Assembly: GCF_006345805.1 (NCBI RefSeq)
Contig: NC_042999.1
Span: forward strand, 157,294,001-157,358,000
DNA from: Octopus sinensis
Lineage: Eukaryota
Direction of reading: 5' to 3'
Length of the DNA stretch: 64,000 bases
Part shown: positions 24,321-36,957 of the stretch, piece after piece
How the letters are laid out: every line of letters starts with the position of its first letter
Position numbering within the stretch: position 1 is the first letter of the stretch
Program-made: the position numbers and the translations under genes
Notes under the pieces: model-generated
What the model was told of the DNA's origin: nothing
The model's input: only the letters and a program-made list of their open reading frames with translations
The model's database searches: none

Positions 24321-25790
24321 AAAGTGAAGAAAATGTGTAGAAAAGAGAAGCAGTAGAGGCTAGAAAAGAAAGATGCGGAAACGCAAAAAACTGCAAACAG
24401 AAAAGACTCACGAACGCTATATATGATCGCTTACGAGTTAACAAGTTGTGAGGAGTGGTTCCAGTGTACGGATCAAGGCTGAGGAACAAGCAACGCGCTG
24501 GAAAAACATTTTCGTGAAGTTTTCAATCAGCCAATTCTAGCGACTACATTTGAAATGGGTAACAAACCAATCATGAATGTGGGATGACGTCAGCAGCTGG
24601 GGAGCTGACCGGAACTTGGGGCTGACCGGAAGGGGCAGTCGTGAGGCGTGCGCAGCGAGCGTGTCATTCTGCTTTTTTCGAGTCCGGTCGTCGAGGGGTT
24701 AAGACGGGTGATCTCGTTGTTAAGGTTGGGTGAAGCAGCTGCTACCTCTAGCTTTCGGGTCGGGTCGGGCCGTGTCGAAGGATCCGTTACCGTTGAAGGG
24801 TCTCCGTCAGAGCGAAGAGAAGGTAGGTGCCTTTATTTCGAATCTCTCGCACACACCACAATGAATAAAATGAATATTAACATAGCTGAAGAAGTGAATA
24901 CGCAGTGCGGAGAACAACAAAACAGCTGGCATGGATGAGATACCTCCTGAACTGTCGAAGCATGGCGAAGAAACAGTTGTACAATCTGCTGACACATTTG
25001 TTCAACTTTGTCAGCAGGAAGACTACAAGATGAGTGGAGGCATAAAAAGGTAGTCTGACAGACAACAACGAATGGCGTGACATTACACTATTATCTGTAC
25101 GCTGTGTGGTAAGTAGCTTGCTAACCAACCACATGGTTCCCGGTTCAGTCCCACTGCGTGGCACCTTGGGCAAGTGTCTTCTGCTATAGCCCCGGGCCGA
25201 CCAATGCTTTGTGAGTGGATTTGGTAGACGGAAAACTGAAAGAAGCCTATCGTATATATGTATGTATGTGTGTGTCTGTGTTTGTCTCCCTAGCATCGCT
25301 TGACAACCGATGCTGGTGTGTTTACGTCCCCGTCCCTTAGCGGTTCGGCAAAAAGAGACCGATAGAATAAGTACTGGGCTTACAGTACGGGGTCGATTTG
25401 CTCGACTAAAGGCGGTGCTCCAGCATAGCCGCAGTCAAATGACTGAAAGAAGTAAAAGAGTAAAAGAGTATCCTATTGAAGAGATTAAAGAAGGAGATTG
25501 ATATTGTGTTGAGAAAGGAGCAGGCAGGTTTTCGGAGTGGCAGGTCCTGTGTGGAACAGATCTTGAATTGCGGCATATAATCGAGCAAAGCAGAGAACAT
25601 ACAATGAAGTTGCTTACTAATTTCATCAACTTTAAGAAAGTATTTGACAGGGTTATCTGAGGTACACTCTGGAATATCTTGAGAGTCTACGGTGTCCCGA
25701 GCAGGTATATCAACATCTTTAAATCTCTGTATAGGAACTCACAGTGTTGTGTGAAGACGAACAGTGGAATCACCGATATGACTGAAATTC
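24303..25790 (+). mobile_element. Fragmented old RTE LINE (EN-RT linker and RT), interrupted by insertions
   Basis: IDRKVKKMCRKEK...HFREVFNQP (about 24310-24550), KTAGMDEIPPEL (about 24920) and ILLKRLKKEIDIVLRKEQAGFRSGRSC...FKKVFDRV...LWNILRVYG (25470-25790). An S2 SINE is inserted at about 25100-25468. Confidence 0.8.
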
Positions 25791-26195
25791 CTACCACACT
25801 CGCCTAAATACCAATCGTGAGAAATTAGGCTCCTCAAAATCAGAAAGGAGAAAGCTAATTCGAAGAATGCAGATCCAATTCATCACTGGAAACTGTAAAA
25901 ACCTGTAAAACTTTCCATAAGTTTATCATGTCTAGATATGCAACTATATGCATGAGAATACATACATAATGCAAAACATACAAATCTGCACATACATATA
26001 CATACATACATACATACATACACACACACGCACGTACGCACGCACGCACGCACACTCACACACATGCATACATGCATACATAAATACATACATACATACA
26101 TACATACATACATACATACATACATACATACATACCATGTTGTTGATGTTGAAATTCCAATAAAGGAGCCTAGGGTCTAGGTTAGAAACCGACTC

Positions 26196-26610
26196 GGATC
26201 TTTTCGGTTTGAACGGCAGTTTTTTCTAGCGATGTCATATGAAATTGTCACCCATAATTATGACCCTAGAATCGATCTATTGCATTTCAATCTGTTTTAG
26301 GGTTAGGGTTAGGGGTGGGGGAAGGGTATCTTTTTTTCTTCACAAATGTAAATAAACCCAATCTGTTTCTTAAACGAGGGACATATTCATGCGGCACAGA
26401 ATGCTTTTTAACTCAATAGACGTCACTGATTGGTTGAAATTGCAGAAATTGAAGGAAAAAAACAACAAATATCTTACAAACTATAGAATTTTCTCAATAA
26501 AGGCAAGAGAAAAAGATGTTTTATAAACACATTCTACCAGTATACGAAGTTTAAAATTTTTTAATTACCTAGAAATTATGTTAAAAACTGCCGTTCAAAC
26601 TGAAAAGATC
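26196..26610 (+). mobile_element. MITE with about 29-bp TIRs and internal TTAGGG repeats
   Basis: GGATCTTTTCGGTTTGAACGGCAGTTTTT ... AAAAACTGCCGTTCAAACTGAAAAGATCC. Other copies at 29811-30241 (inverted) and about 57180-57327 (partial). Confidence 0.85.
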
Positions 26611-27706
26611 CACCAGCTCTTTCTCTATTGGCAAGAAATCTTGAAATAAAACTGAATAATGGCATACATATATACATGAATTTCTTGCATAGTGGCAGGC
26701 CACCGATTTATCGAAGTTGACGTTTATGCATTCATAGTTAGCAATATTTAGCGAAATCGAATATTGGGGATGCTGGAACTTACAGAGAAATGATATGCTC
26801 CAATGATAGATTATGTCATTAGCGTTCATCAAAGATAATGGAATTTCTAAAAGAATACATACCAATATGGGTGCACAGCATATCGCCAGGGATATGGTAA
26901 GGAAAATCAAAGTGCCAGACATACTTGGAATACAAATGACTTGGAATACAATGATAAGTGTATTATATATGATTAAGCGTAAAAAGAAAATGTTTATTTT
27001 CAACAGGTGTTCGGGGATTTGTGAACTATGATTAAAAAACACCTGGATGTTGATACAAAAACGGAAAAGATAACTCTTAACGTATATGTTGATAATGGGA
27101 TCAACAAAGTTTCGAATAAGATGCAGATAAGCGCATATCACTTAAACAAGCATAAATTTACTTCGTTTAATTTAGCCAACAATAAAGGCAAGAATATATT
27201 ATGTAACACAAAAGACGTTAGCTGGAGAACATAATGCAATGATATTTAAAAAACAAAAATCGGAAAATCTGCTTTATTCAGTCACTTTATAGTTACGGTA
27301 CCGTGAATGAAAACCCTTTCGTACACATACATATTCACGAAAGAATTTCTTTTCTCACCGTGGCGTACCAAAAATCGAGCTGTTCTTATTTTCTAAACAG
27401 CATGAAGAGTAACAGTTACTTTGGCCTAAAAACATACACACGAAATCTGTTATATTCACTTTATATTTATTTCGTGGGCTGTCTGAATTTTCGTCTTGGA
27501 CAAGCGTCATCAAGTGGTTGTCGAACGAAGATATCCGTATCCAACGACATTTGCAATTGAATTATTAATTCTTATGATCGTAAATCAGACTACAAGGAAC
27601 TCTTTCCATCAATAGGCAGTAATCTGAGGAGTGTAGACTATATAAAAACAGCAGAGCGAGAAGTTATTTACGCAAAGATAGAAGATGCAATGTAATGATG
27701 ATATGT

Positions 27707-28010
27707 GGAGACACATGACCTAGTAGTTAGAGCAGCGGACTCGCGGTCGAGGGATCGCGGGTTCGAATCTCAGACCGGGCGATGTGTGTGTTTATGAGCG
27801 AAGCACCTAAGCTCCACGCGGCTCCGGCAGAAGGTAATGGCGAACTTCTGCTGACTCTTTCGCCACAACTTTCTCTCACTCTTTCCTCCTGCATCTTGCA
27901 GCTCACCTGCGACGGACCGACGTCCCGTCCAGGTGGGGAACCTATACGCTAAGGAAACCGGGAAACCGGCCCTTATGAGCCAGGCGTGGCTCGAGAAGGA
28001 AACAACAATG
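27707..28010 (+). mobile_element. tRNA-derived SINE related to S3 but with a different 3' tail
   Basis: tRNA-like head (GGTTCGAATCT B box), S3-like middle, distinct tail ending GAAGGAAACAACAA. Confidence 0.75.
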
Positions 28011-28089
28011 ATGATATTGGTTCAAATAGATAACAATATATAACCACTTTAGAAAGAGATAAATGGGGATATGAGACTGAATTAACCAC

Positions 28090-29625
28090 AAACCTACATG
28101 TAACTTAGATAACTTAGATAACTTAGATATGTTTCGACCAAAGATTGGTCCAGGTCATGTCTAACTTAATAGCACCACCTGATAGGATTATTCGAATCCT
28201 GTTTAAGTCAAGTTTTGTTCAAATAGTGAGTTCTTGTTGGGTGAGTTGTATCAAGTTTTGTTCAAGTAGTGAGTTCTTGTTGGGTGAGTTGTATCCAATT
28301 ATGGGTGGCTTATCTGGTATTCTTTGAAGGAATCTATCCAGACTCCGTTTAAAGTTGATGGGATCCTTTTCCTCTTTGATCTCCCTCGGGACAATGTTAA
28401 ATAGGGCAGGGCCTGTTGAGGAAAAGAAATTATGTTGTAGTGTACATGTATGTTGTGATCTTGAACTGAACAGGGGACGTATGGCCCGTGGTCCAAGTCT
28501 TGGATGAACCTTGAAGCTAATGTTAAGGTCGTTTGGGCAAAGTTTGTGGTATATTCTCCACATCGTACAAATGATGTACCGCTGGAGGGAGTAAAGTTTC
28601 AAGGCTTTAAGGCGATCCCAATAATCGAGGGCAGCCATGCCTTCAGTTCGTTTAGTGAGTGCCCTCTGGGGTGACTCAATTCTGGAGATGTTTTGTCTTG
28701 TATGGGGAGACCACAGTGGGCAGCAGTATTCAAGGTGTGGCCGTACAAAGGAGGAGAAAAGTGGTATGATGACACCTTGTTCTCTGGACCGGAAAGTTCT
28801 TAAGATCCAGGAACTCATCCTACGAGCTATATCGACCTTCTTGTTGATGTGTGCACTCCAACTGAGATCGTTATCAACAATTACACTCAGGTCTCTGATA
28901 TTGTTAGAGGCTGTGAGCGGTTCCCCTGAAGGAAGAGAGTATGGTTGTTTTAGTGAGGAATTTCTTCCAAAATGCATCAGCTCAAATTTTCCCTCATTCA
29001 GTTGCATTTTGTTTCTGTCTGCCCATTGACTCACAGCATATAGATCAGACTGGAGTTGAGTTCGGTCTGCTTCTTCATTGACGATTTGCTGGAGCTTAGT
29101 GTCATCAGCAAATATTTTCACTTTGCAGTAATGTACGACACTGGAAAGGTCGTTTATGTAAATTATGAAGAGTAGCGGACCCAAAACAGTCCCCTGGGGA
29201 ACACCGCTGGTGAATTTTGCTGGGCTTAAGTGGACTCCATCAACTACAACATGTTGTGTTCTATTCGCCAGGAAATACTTAATCCAGTGTAGAACTTTTC
29301 CACGGATTCCAACATTTGCCAATTTTGAGAGTAGGATATTATGGTCTACCCTGTCGAACGCTTTACTGAAGTCAAGATATATGACGTCAGAGTTCGAACC
29401 TGTTCCCAAGGCTTTGAGTACATCTTCAATGTGGTGTAAGAGCTGTGTTATAGACAGTCCCTGCCACAGCGAAAGCCATGCTGATTTGCATTTAGGAGTT
29501 TGTGGGTCTCCAGGAAGTCAGTTATCCTTGATCTTAACACTCTTTCAAATACTTTAATGGTGTGGGAGGTGAGTGAGATTGGGCGATAGTTGACTGCGTT
29601 TCAAAAACTCAAGAGAGCATACTAC
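28090..29625 (-). mobile_element. 5'-truncated CR1-clade LINE with a nearly intact RT
   Basis: 396-aa ORF with YLDFSKAFD, SGVPQGTVLGP, FADD and RPHLEYC motifs. A frameshifted upstream part contains NYRPISLTS. The 3' end has a short (TAAGTTATC)n tail. Confidence 0.92.
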
Positions 29626-29810
29626 TAATAAGAAAAAAACTTTGTTCTAGAGTTTGTGAATAGAAGTCAACCTGCTATGATCAGTAGTTGACATGAATTT
29701 GACAATTGGTACTTAAAGCTATAACAATAACAACTGCATGGGGATGTTTAAAGATTTCAGATAAGGTATGTGAATCATCAAGAATATGAATTTAGTGAAA
29801 TAAAAACCAA

Positions 29811-30241
29811 GGATCTTTTCGCTTTGAACGGCAGTTTTTAACGTAATTTCTAGGTAATTAAAAAAATTTTATCTTCGTATACTGGTAGAATGTGTTTATA
29901 AAACATCTTTTTCTCTTGGCTTTATTGAGAAAATTCTATAGTTTGTAAGATATTTGTTGTTTTTTTTCTTCAATTTCTGCAATTTCAACCAATCAATGAC
30001 GTCTATTGAGTTAAAAAGCATTCTGTGCCGTATGAATATGTCCCTCGTTTAAGAAATAGATTGGGTTTATTTACATTTCTGAAGAAAAAAAGATACCCTT
30101 CCCCCACCCCTAACCCTAACCCTAACTAACTCTAACCCTAAAACAGATTGAAATGCAATAGATCGATGCTAGGGTCATAATTATAGGTGACAATTTCATA
30201 TGACACCGCTAGAAAAAACTGCCGTTCAAACCGAAAAGACC
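29811..30241 (-). mobile_element. Second full copy of the TTAGGG-containing MITE, inverted
   Basis: Reverse-complement match to 26196-26610 along its length. Confidence 0.85.
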
Positions 30242-30388
30242 CGCAGTTTGTCCCTCTCAATCCTGCGATTTCAGTTGTAGTTGTTGGTGTAAACACCGAC
30301 GGCGTCAGGGGCTTGTTTCAAGAATTTAAAAAATAGAGCACTTGTAAGAAAAACACACGAAACGCCATGTGTCAGAGAAATACAGATT

Positions 30389-31170
30389 ACACAGGTCTAC
30401 AACCAAAAAACTGTTTCACATTTACTGAGTGAAATTTTTACCTGTTGATTTCAAAAATTACAAAGAAAATATCCTATCACGTATAGTTTCTTCACAAAGT
30501 CGATCATTGCATTTTACCATTATGCTCGAATTGTCTTTTATTATTACTATTAATTGCCATAGACTATAACAGGCATAATTTTGAGAAATAGGCACCTGGC
30601 AACCTTTATGTCGCTTCAGCTACACAAATTGGTTCCTGCATGGCTGTAGCTTCAGTCAACCACAAGCGATGAGGAGAGAAAAACGTGCTTTACAAGGTTA
30701 CGTTGCTTAGGTTTTTTTAATTTTATTATGTATACATTTAGTTGATGAATCTAATATGTGCTGTTTAAAAATGCCCCTCTCTCCTTTCATTATAGACTTC
30801 TACATCATTTGAAGCAAGGCTGTTTTCTAGACTATGTGTAGCAAACTGTTTATCTTTGTTACATTTGCGGCAAGTATATGACTAAGAAACGTGAGAGAGA
30901 CCTTGGAGACACACTTAAGTTCTAAGTTAGAAGGCAGAAATAGCAACGTTGATGAAGACTTCAATAGCTGTGAAGGTGAAGAACCTCAACTGATCAACAA
31001 ATGTGAATTAGGTAATCTAGTGAGGGACTTGGGGATCGCAAAGGAGACAGCAAAGACTTTAGGTTCCGGTCTTAAATCCAATAATCTTTTAGTTCCTCGT
31101 ACAAAAAAGAATTTGTTCCTTATTTCGCTCAAGAAAATGATTTGGTTTGTAGCATGTCTGTACTAGCATT
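30389..31170 (+). mobile_element. DNA-transposon relic, probably CMC/Chapaev3-like
   Basis: CAC-starting terminus and ORF EPQLINKCELGNLVRDLGIAKETAKTLGSGLKSNNLL, resembling the recalled ELNDLVRDL..K..AELLGSRL...NLL transposase block. The superfamily assignment is from memory. Confidence 0.5.
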
Positions 31171-31807
31171 AGTTTAACACAAACATTTAAAATCCCAAAG
31201 TAGGCTCAAACGACACTAAGTTTACAGCTCTATTCAGTCTGTAATTGGTCGAATAAACAGGCTCCCTTAATTATGTCCGATTGTCACACTTATCTAATGT
31301 GGCTGCGGCCATGTTTAATTGAGTTCCTTTACTTCGTTTCTCTAAGGTCTCCCTGCTTGTAGTTTGGTTCTATCGCGTTTGCGCTGGCGTCTTTCACATA
31401 AGAACAACTCTTCGTCCAAGTGCGCTTGCAGTATCGACCAAACTTAATGCCATCATCTCCCATGATACATCTAATGTTTTCATGCATTCATTCACCACTA
31501 TGGACATCTCAATAGAACATAACTTACTTCTTTACAAAAATCTTATACTAGGAATTTTACATTGTACGAAGGCTGGTGGGATGTAACAAAATCGTCTAGC
31601 TATGCTGATCTCTTGGTCACTCGCCGCATAACCCTAAAACTTTTTATTTAATTTTTTCCTTCCCTTCAGCCATCTACAAATGTTAAATCCAACCAGGTCA
31701 TCGTCTGACAGACAAATGGGCAAATGAGAAAAATGTATGGATCACGCGAGTATAGGAAGTTGCAAGCAAATCAAAACAGGAAAATTAATTCTATGTTTAT
31801 GAAGGGA

Positions 31808-33106
31808 CTAGCTGTTGTACCCGGCGTTGCTCATGTTTTCTGTGTTGAAGTTAAGCCCACCTCTGACCTTGTATTGAAATCTTCTACGTTCCCCATGCCA
31901 ACTATTACCCATTGAGATGTTATATCTGCTTCGGCAGGGATTTTACCCGGATAACGCTTTTGACATACTCATACGTACTGGACCGTCTGAAATCGCAGTT
32001 AAACTTTTGGGTGCACCTCGACCCGTTGAGAGTGATGTTTGTTTATTTCTCTCGCCTTAATGCCACCCTCTGTACAAAATTGATCAGCTTGTCCAAGCTC
32101 AGCAAAATCCGAGGTGCTAAGGGTATGTCATAAAATAAAATCCATGTAACCATTTACATGAAAATATCCCATTGACTTTTAAATCCCAATACATTATATG
32201 AATAATCGATGCTTCATACGTCGAAGTGCTTAATTTTACTCAAGGGTCAAATTTCTTCAAAATCAGTTCACTATTTTATTGTGAGTGAATTTTGACGATT
32301 TCTGCCTTTCACCAGTTTAATTTTAATTCTACTACATGACTCCGACCATAAACTTTACCTACATGTCAAATTTCATCAAAATCGGATGAATTCTGTAAAA
32401 GTTACAGCATAAAATATTAATCCTGTGAGTAATTGCATACAAAAAGCCTATTGGTTTCTTAAAATCCCCTGCTCACACGCAATTATCGATTTTTTTTATC
32501 AACTCTTCAGGCTGGCATCAACTAATGGGCAATAAAATTTCTACAAAATCGACAAGAATGTCTCTAAGGAAATGCTTATTTGCATTTGTGCCCTTTTAAA
32601 ACCTTTTTGAATTAAATAAGCATCTTTACCGTCTGCCCCACCACAAAATTTACCTGCATCTCAAATTTCATTAAAATCGGACAGAAAAAATATAAAAGTT
32701 ACGGCGAAAAATACAATCCCGGTGGGTATCTGCACGCAAAAAGCCTACTGATTTTATAAAACCACTGCTTAGGCGCAATTATCGATATTTTGTCAATGCC
32801 ATATACTGACATCAACTCACTGCCATGAACCTAGCTCACTGATCGATTTTCATCAAAATCGGACAAAAAAGCTGCAGGAAAAATAACATCGTTATGGGAA
32901 TTTCCATTCAAACGCCCGATTGAGCTCACAAAAATTGATGCCATATGAGCATTATCGAGTTTTCGAAAAATTCCAGCCTTATTTGAACTTGAAGGTATAT
33001 GATCTACCTATGTGCCAAAATCCTTAAAATCGGTTGGACGGTGTGGGAGGAGTTAGAGTAAGCCCAAACACATAGACAGACCCCATTACATATTTATGTA
33101 TATAGA
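31808..33106 (-). mobile_element. 1.3-kb non-autonomous Helitron-like element with internal repeats
   Basis: CTAG plus hairpin end (CCCGGCGTTGCTC) and TC start, as in H1. Internal TTTCATCAAAATCGG blocks recur. Confidence 0.6.
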
Positions 33107-33319
33107 TATTGATAAAAATGTTGAAATGAATATTGTGTGCGAGAGTGCGTGCATGTATGCGTGTGTATGTGTGTGTGTGTGCAAACCTGAGGTAATCAAA
33201 CCTCACCAAGGTTTTTTAATACTTAGGAATTACTTGTCGATTCCTAAATTATTGTATTTTCTCAGGGTTAGTCCCTCCTATAGATTCTCGTCGTCTCTCC
33301 AATATGCTTTGACGACCTA

Positions 33320-34310
33320 AATCTTCAGGAAACTCGAGTACATGGTCAATGTAAGGCTCTCTCCAGAGTCCCGCGATCAAGCTGCTTTGCCCAAACGGTT
33401 TGGGGGTTTAGGTCTGCACAAGTGCTCATCTCTATCTCTTCCTTGTTTTCTTTCCTCCACCCACGCTAACTCTCCTTCCAATATGTACGAGTTCCAATAG
33501 GGAGATAGATGTAGCTCTATCACAGTAGAGAGAGCTGGGTTACAGTGGAGGATAGCTGGAAACAGAGAACGGGAAATCTGAGCTTAGGTGTCACTTTCAG
33601 CTTTCTCTTTTTTGATCAATCTGATCAATTTTGAAGGTGTCGCATACTTCCTGCCAGTGCAAAATTCTTGGGGTCTGGTTTGATGCTCTGACTGTGGCTA
33701 ACATTGGTGATCTACTCAGTCTAGATAAACTCCACATCTCCATCGCACTCAGAGTTGGAGCCGATGTCTGTGGGAGAACTGAGATATTGCTGTGGTAGGC
33801 CTCTCGACTCCACTGGTCTTCACGCCTAAATACTGGTTGTTTTGATCGTCACACCGAGCTAAACTTAATCATTAAACGCGCCCTGGCTCGAGTTAACATC
33901 TCCTCAGTTCTGGATCCGGCGGGATTCTCCAGAAATTATGGGAAGAGACCAGTTGGTCTTATCCTTCATCCCTGGCTAAGAGGTAAGTGCCTCATCTAGG
34001 ACACCACAGTCTGTGATTTCTTTACTCCCTCCCATATCCTGGATGTTGCGAAATGTGAGAGAGTCACTATTTCCGTAACCGAACGGAACAAAATCCTTAA
34101 TTATTGGGACCTGTCAATGAACTATTTCTTCCAGCCTGAAGCGTTCGAGACAATTGGAGGGGCTGGGACGCTAACAGCGAAGTTCTTGCCACCGTTGGCG
34201 GTTCACCTTACCGAGGTGTGAGGTGATGCCTGTTCTAACGCCTGAGCCTCGCCATCGATCATGATAATGCCGTGAGCATGTTGGCTTGCTTCAGTAGGTT
34301 CCGTTGAACC
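33320..34310 (+). mobile_element. Degraded CRE-like non-LTR retrotransposon (restriction-like endonuclease region)
   Basis: QAALPKRFGGLGL, ISIALRVG, RHTELNLIIKRAL, GKRPVGL..HPW, D.TVCD and FQPEAFET motifs. Confidence 0.75.
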
Positions 34311-34649
34311 TTGTGGTGTGCGACCACCTGAAGCACTTCGTATTGAATTGATGTCTTTTCCCTTTTTTCTTCCTTTATCTGGCTTTGTTTCTCCTTTTCC
34401 ATACTAAACTCTCTCAAACCAATTCTTGAAAGCGGTTAAGATAAAAAATGTTGAAAGCTTTCATGTTTTGTTGATAACGGAACTAAACTGATGTTAAATA
34501 GCAGCAGTCCTGTGTTACTGACGTCAGATATCAGCAAGGTCATGGAATTATCAGAGAGAAACTAATTACATTCAGGGAGCGAGAGAGGGGGAGAGTGGAG
34601 GAGGAGGGGGATTCGAGAGGGGAACACAAGGAACACCAGGAACAATCAT

Positions 34650-35976
34650 TTTGTTTTGTCAATCAATTTTTTCGGAGATGTTTATGAGTTTGAACTTACC
34701 AGTACCACAGGAACAAACAACACAAATAACAATGCTGTACTCGCCACAGACAAACATAATTCCTACAGTTCAGCAAGTTCATATTAATTATCCCCAGGTT
34801 GGCGCACCTGATAGTCGTCTTTTTGCCCAGACGTACGCATTTGAACTGGTCATTCGAAACTCCTTCAGTCAAAAATGCGAGCACATATAAGATTTTGCCT
34901 CGAAAACAATAAATTCGTTCCTTTTCCGAAAGTAAAGGTTTTTCAAATGCCAACAAAAACCAGAGAAATCGCTCACATTCTATCACCCACCCAGAAATGG
35001 ATTACTCCTGGATTACTCCAAGAAAAACGACTAAAAGTTATGACTTCTCACATAAACATTCGGAACAATAGGTTCCATGTTTTAAGTGAAGAATTCAAGC
35101 AAAACCCAAAAGGTAGTCAGGATCTAATGAAAGTAAGACTGTGAAAAATACTTGCCCAAGAAAATCAATCAGACTAGAAAATAAGTCGGCCATAAATCTA
35201 CCTAAAGTAAAACTTCCATGAGACGATATCTCTGTCTAAGAATTTCAACAAAAATAAACTAGCTCAAGTTCTGTTTGTCCAATGTCACAAGCTGAAGGAA
35301 TATTTTTTTTTTTGAAAAAAGTGGTAAAGAAGAGACAGAAAACCTAATGCTTACTGAAAATAAAAATGATGATCGAATCTGGTGTAATTGGATTGAAAAG
35401 AATCGTAATTGATATCCAGATGAAGTTCAGGACGGACGTTCACAAGCACTACTGGAATTTCTTAAATCTAGTCAGACATGCATTAAAGAAGGCCTTAAAA
35501 CAAGTAGAAAGAAGTCCTGGAACAACCTCACAGATTCCTAGCGTTACGCACTCCGTCGTTTAGCTAACAATGATTTTATTGCTATCAAAATGGCGGATAA
35601 GGAAGACGCTATTGTAATTATGGACAAGAGTGAGTATATTTCGGCTTGTGAAGAAGTTTTAAGTGACAAAACTTCATATGAAGAATTACCTGTCGATCCA
35701 AACCTCAATTACAGGGAAATGGAAGAAAACGATTTCATTAATAAGACTGAATCCAGGATTTTATGGACAGAAAAAAGAACACCTGTATTTTATGGTATCC
35801 TCAAAATACACATAAACTTCAAAAGATTTCCTCCAATGAGCCCAATTTTCAGCGGATGTTGTACAGCCAAAATTTTGGAGTGGCTGGATGACTTTCTACT
35901 CCCTGTCGCAAAAAGATCAAGTTCCTATATTCGGGATACTTTTGATTTCGTGCATAAAATCAACAACTTTTCTTAA
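34650..35976 (+). mobile_element. Penelope-like element, N-terminal/RT relic
   Basis: INLPKVKL, IKMADKEDAIVIMDKSEY, TPVFYGILKIH and SSYIRDTFDF motifs. Confidence 0.75.
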
Positions 35977-36514
35977 CATCGAAGCGATGTCGAAAACAGT
36001 AGCTCGACGGAAACTGCCGAACATTTTACATCAAACGGCTGCAATTTTGAAGAACACTTGAAAGTGCATATTCTCAGAAAATATTCTGAATCTATACACT
36101 TTCAGCCCTCAAAATGCATGAGAAATATGTTTGTGAATGAGCAAAATGACTGAGGAACTCATCATATTTACTCAAAAATTTTTGATTAAATATTCTTCCT
36201 TTTCCTGTTCTTTTTTCTTTTAGTCAGTCGTAAAATTGAAAATTGAAGACTGATGTCATTCCGTCAAAGTGGGAACGCAGGATCTCCTCGTTCGAACTTC
36301 TGAATTTAATTTTCTATAATTTTGAATTTCTATGCATCACTTTTAATTTTGAACTCGACAAATACAGGCAAGCTGTGAAATATCGTTCAAACCAATAAAA
36401 TATCCATTGCAGTCGCATCGCGCTCTTCGTATTTATCTTTGTGAAGAGTTACGCCAATCCTCTTCAAAGATTATTATTATTGCTGTTGTTGTTGTTGTAG
36501 CTGTTATAATTAGT

Positions 36515-36880
36515 GGAGGCGCAATGGCCCAGTGGTTAGGGCAGCGGTCTCGCGGTTTCGATTCCCAGACCGGGCGTTGTGAGTGTTTATTGAGCGAAAA
36601 CACCTAAAGCTCCACGAGGCTCCGACAGGGGATGGTGGTGATCCCTGCTGTACTCTTTCACCACAACTTTCTCTCGCTCTTTCTTCATGTTTCTGTTGTA
36701 CCTGTATTTCAAAGGGCCGGCCTTGTCACTCTCTGTGTCACGCTGAATATCCCCGAGGACTACGTTAAGGGTACACGTGTCTGTGGAGTGCTCAGCCACT
36801 TGCACGTTAATATCACGAGCAAGCTGTTCCGTTGATCGTATCAGCTGGGACCCTCATCGTCGCAACCGACGGAGTGCTCC
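36515..36880 (+). mobile_element. SINE family S3
   Basis: 15-bp TSD TAGCTGTTATAATTA. Confidence 0.85.
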
Positions 36881-36957
36881 TATATATATAGCTGTTATAA
36901 TTATTAAGTGGCGATCTGGCAGAATCGTTAGCACGTGAGGCGAAATTGCTTAGGTCG

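Noticed and set aside
26196-30241. Composite transposon bounded by the two MITEs
   Set aside because: The outer flanks (ACTC / GCAG) show no target-site duplication.
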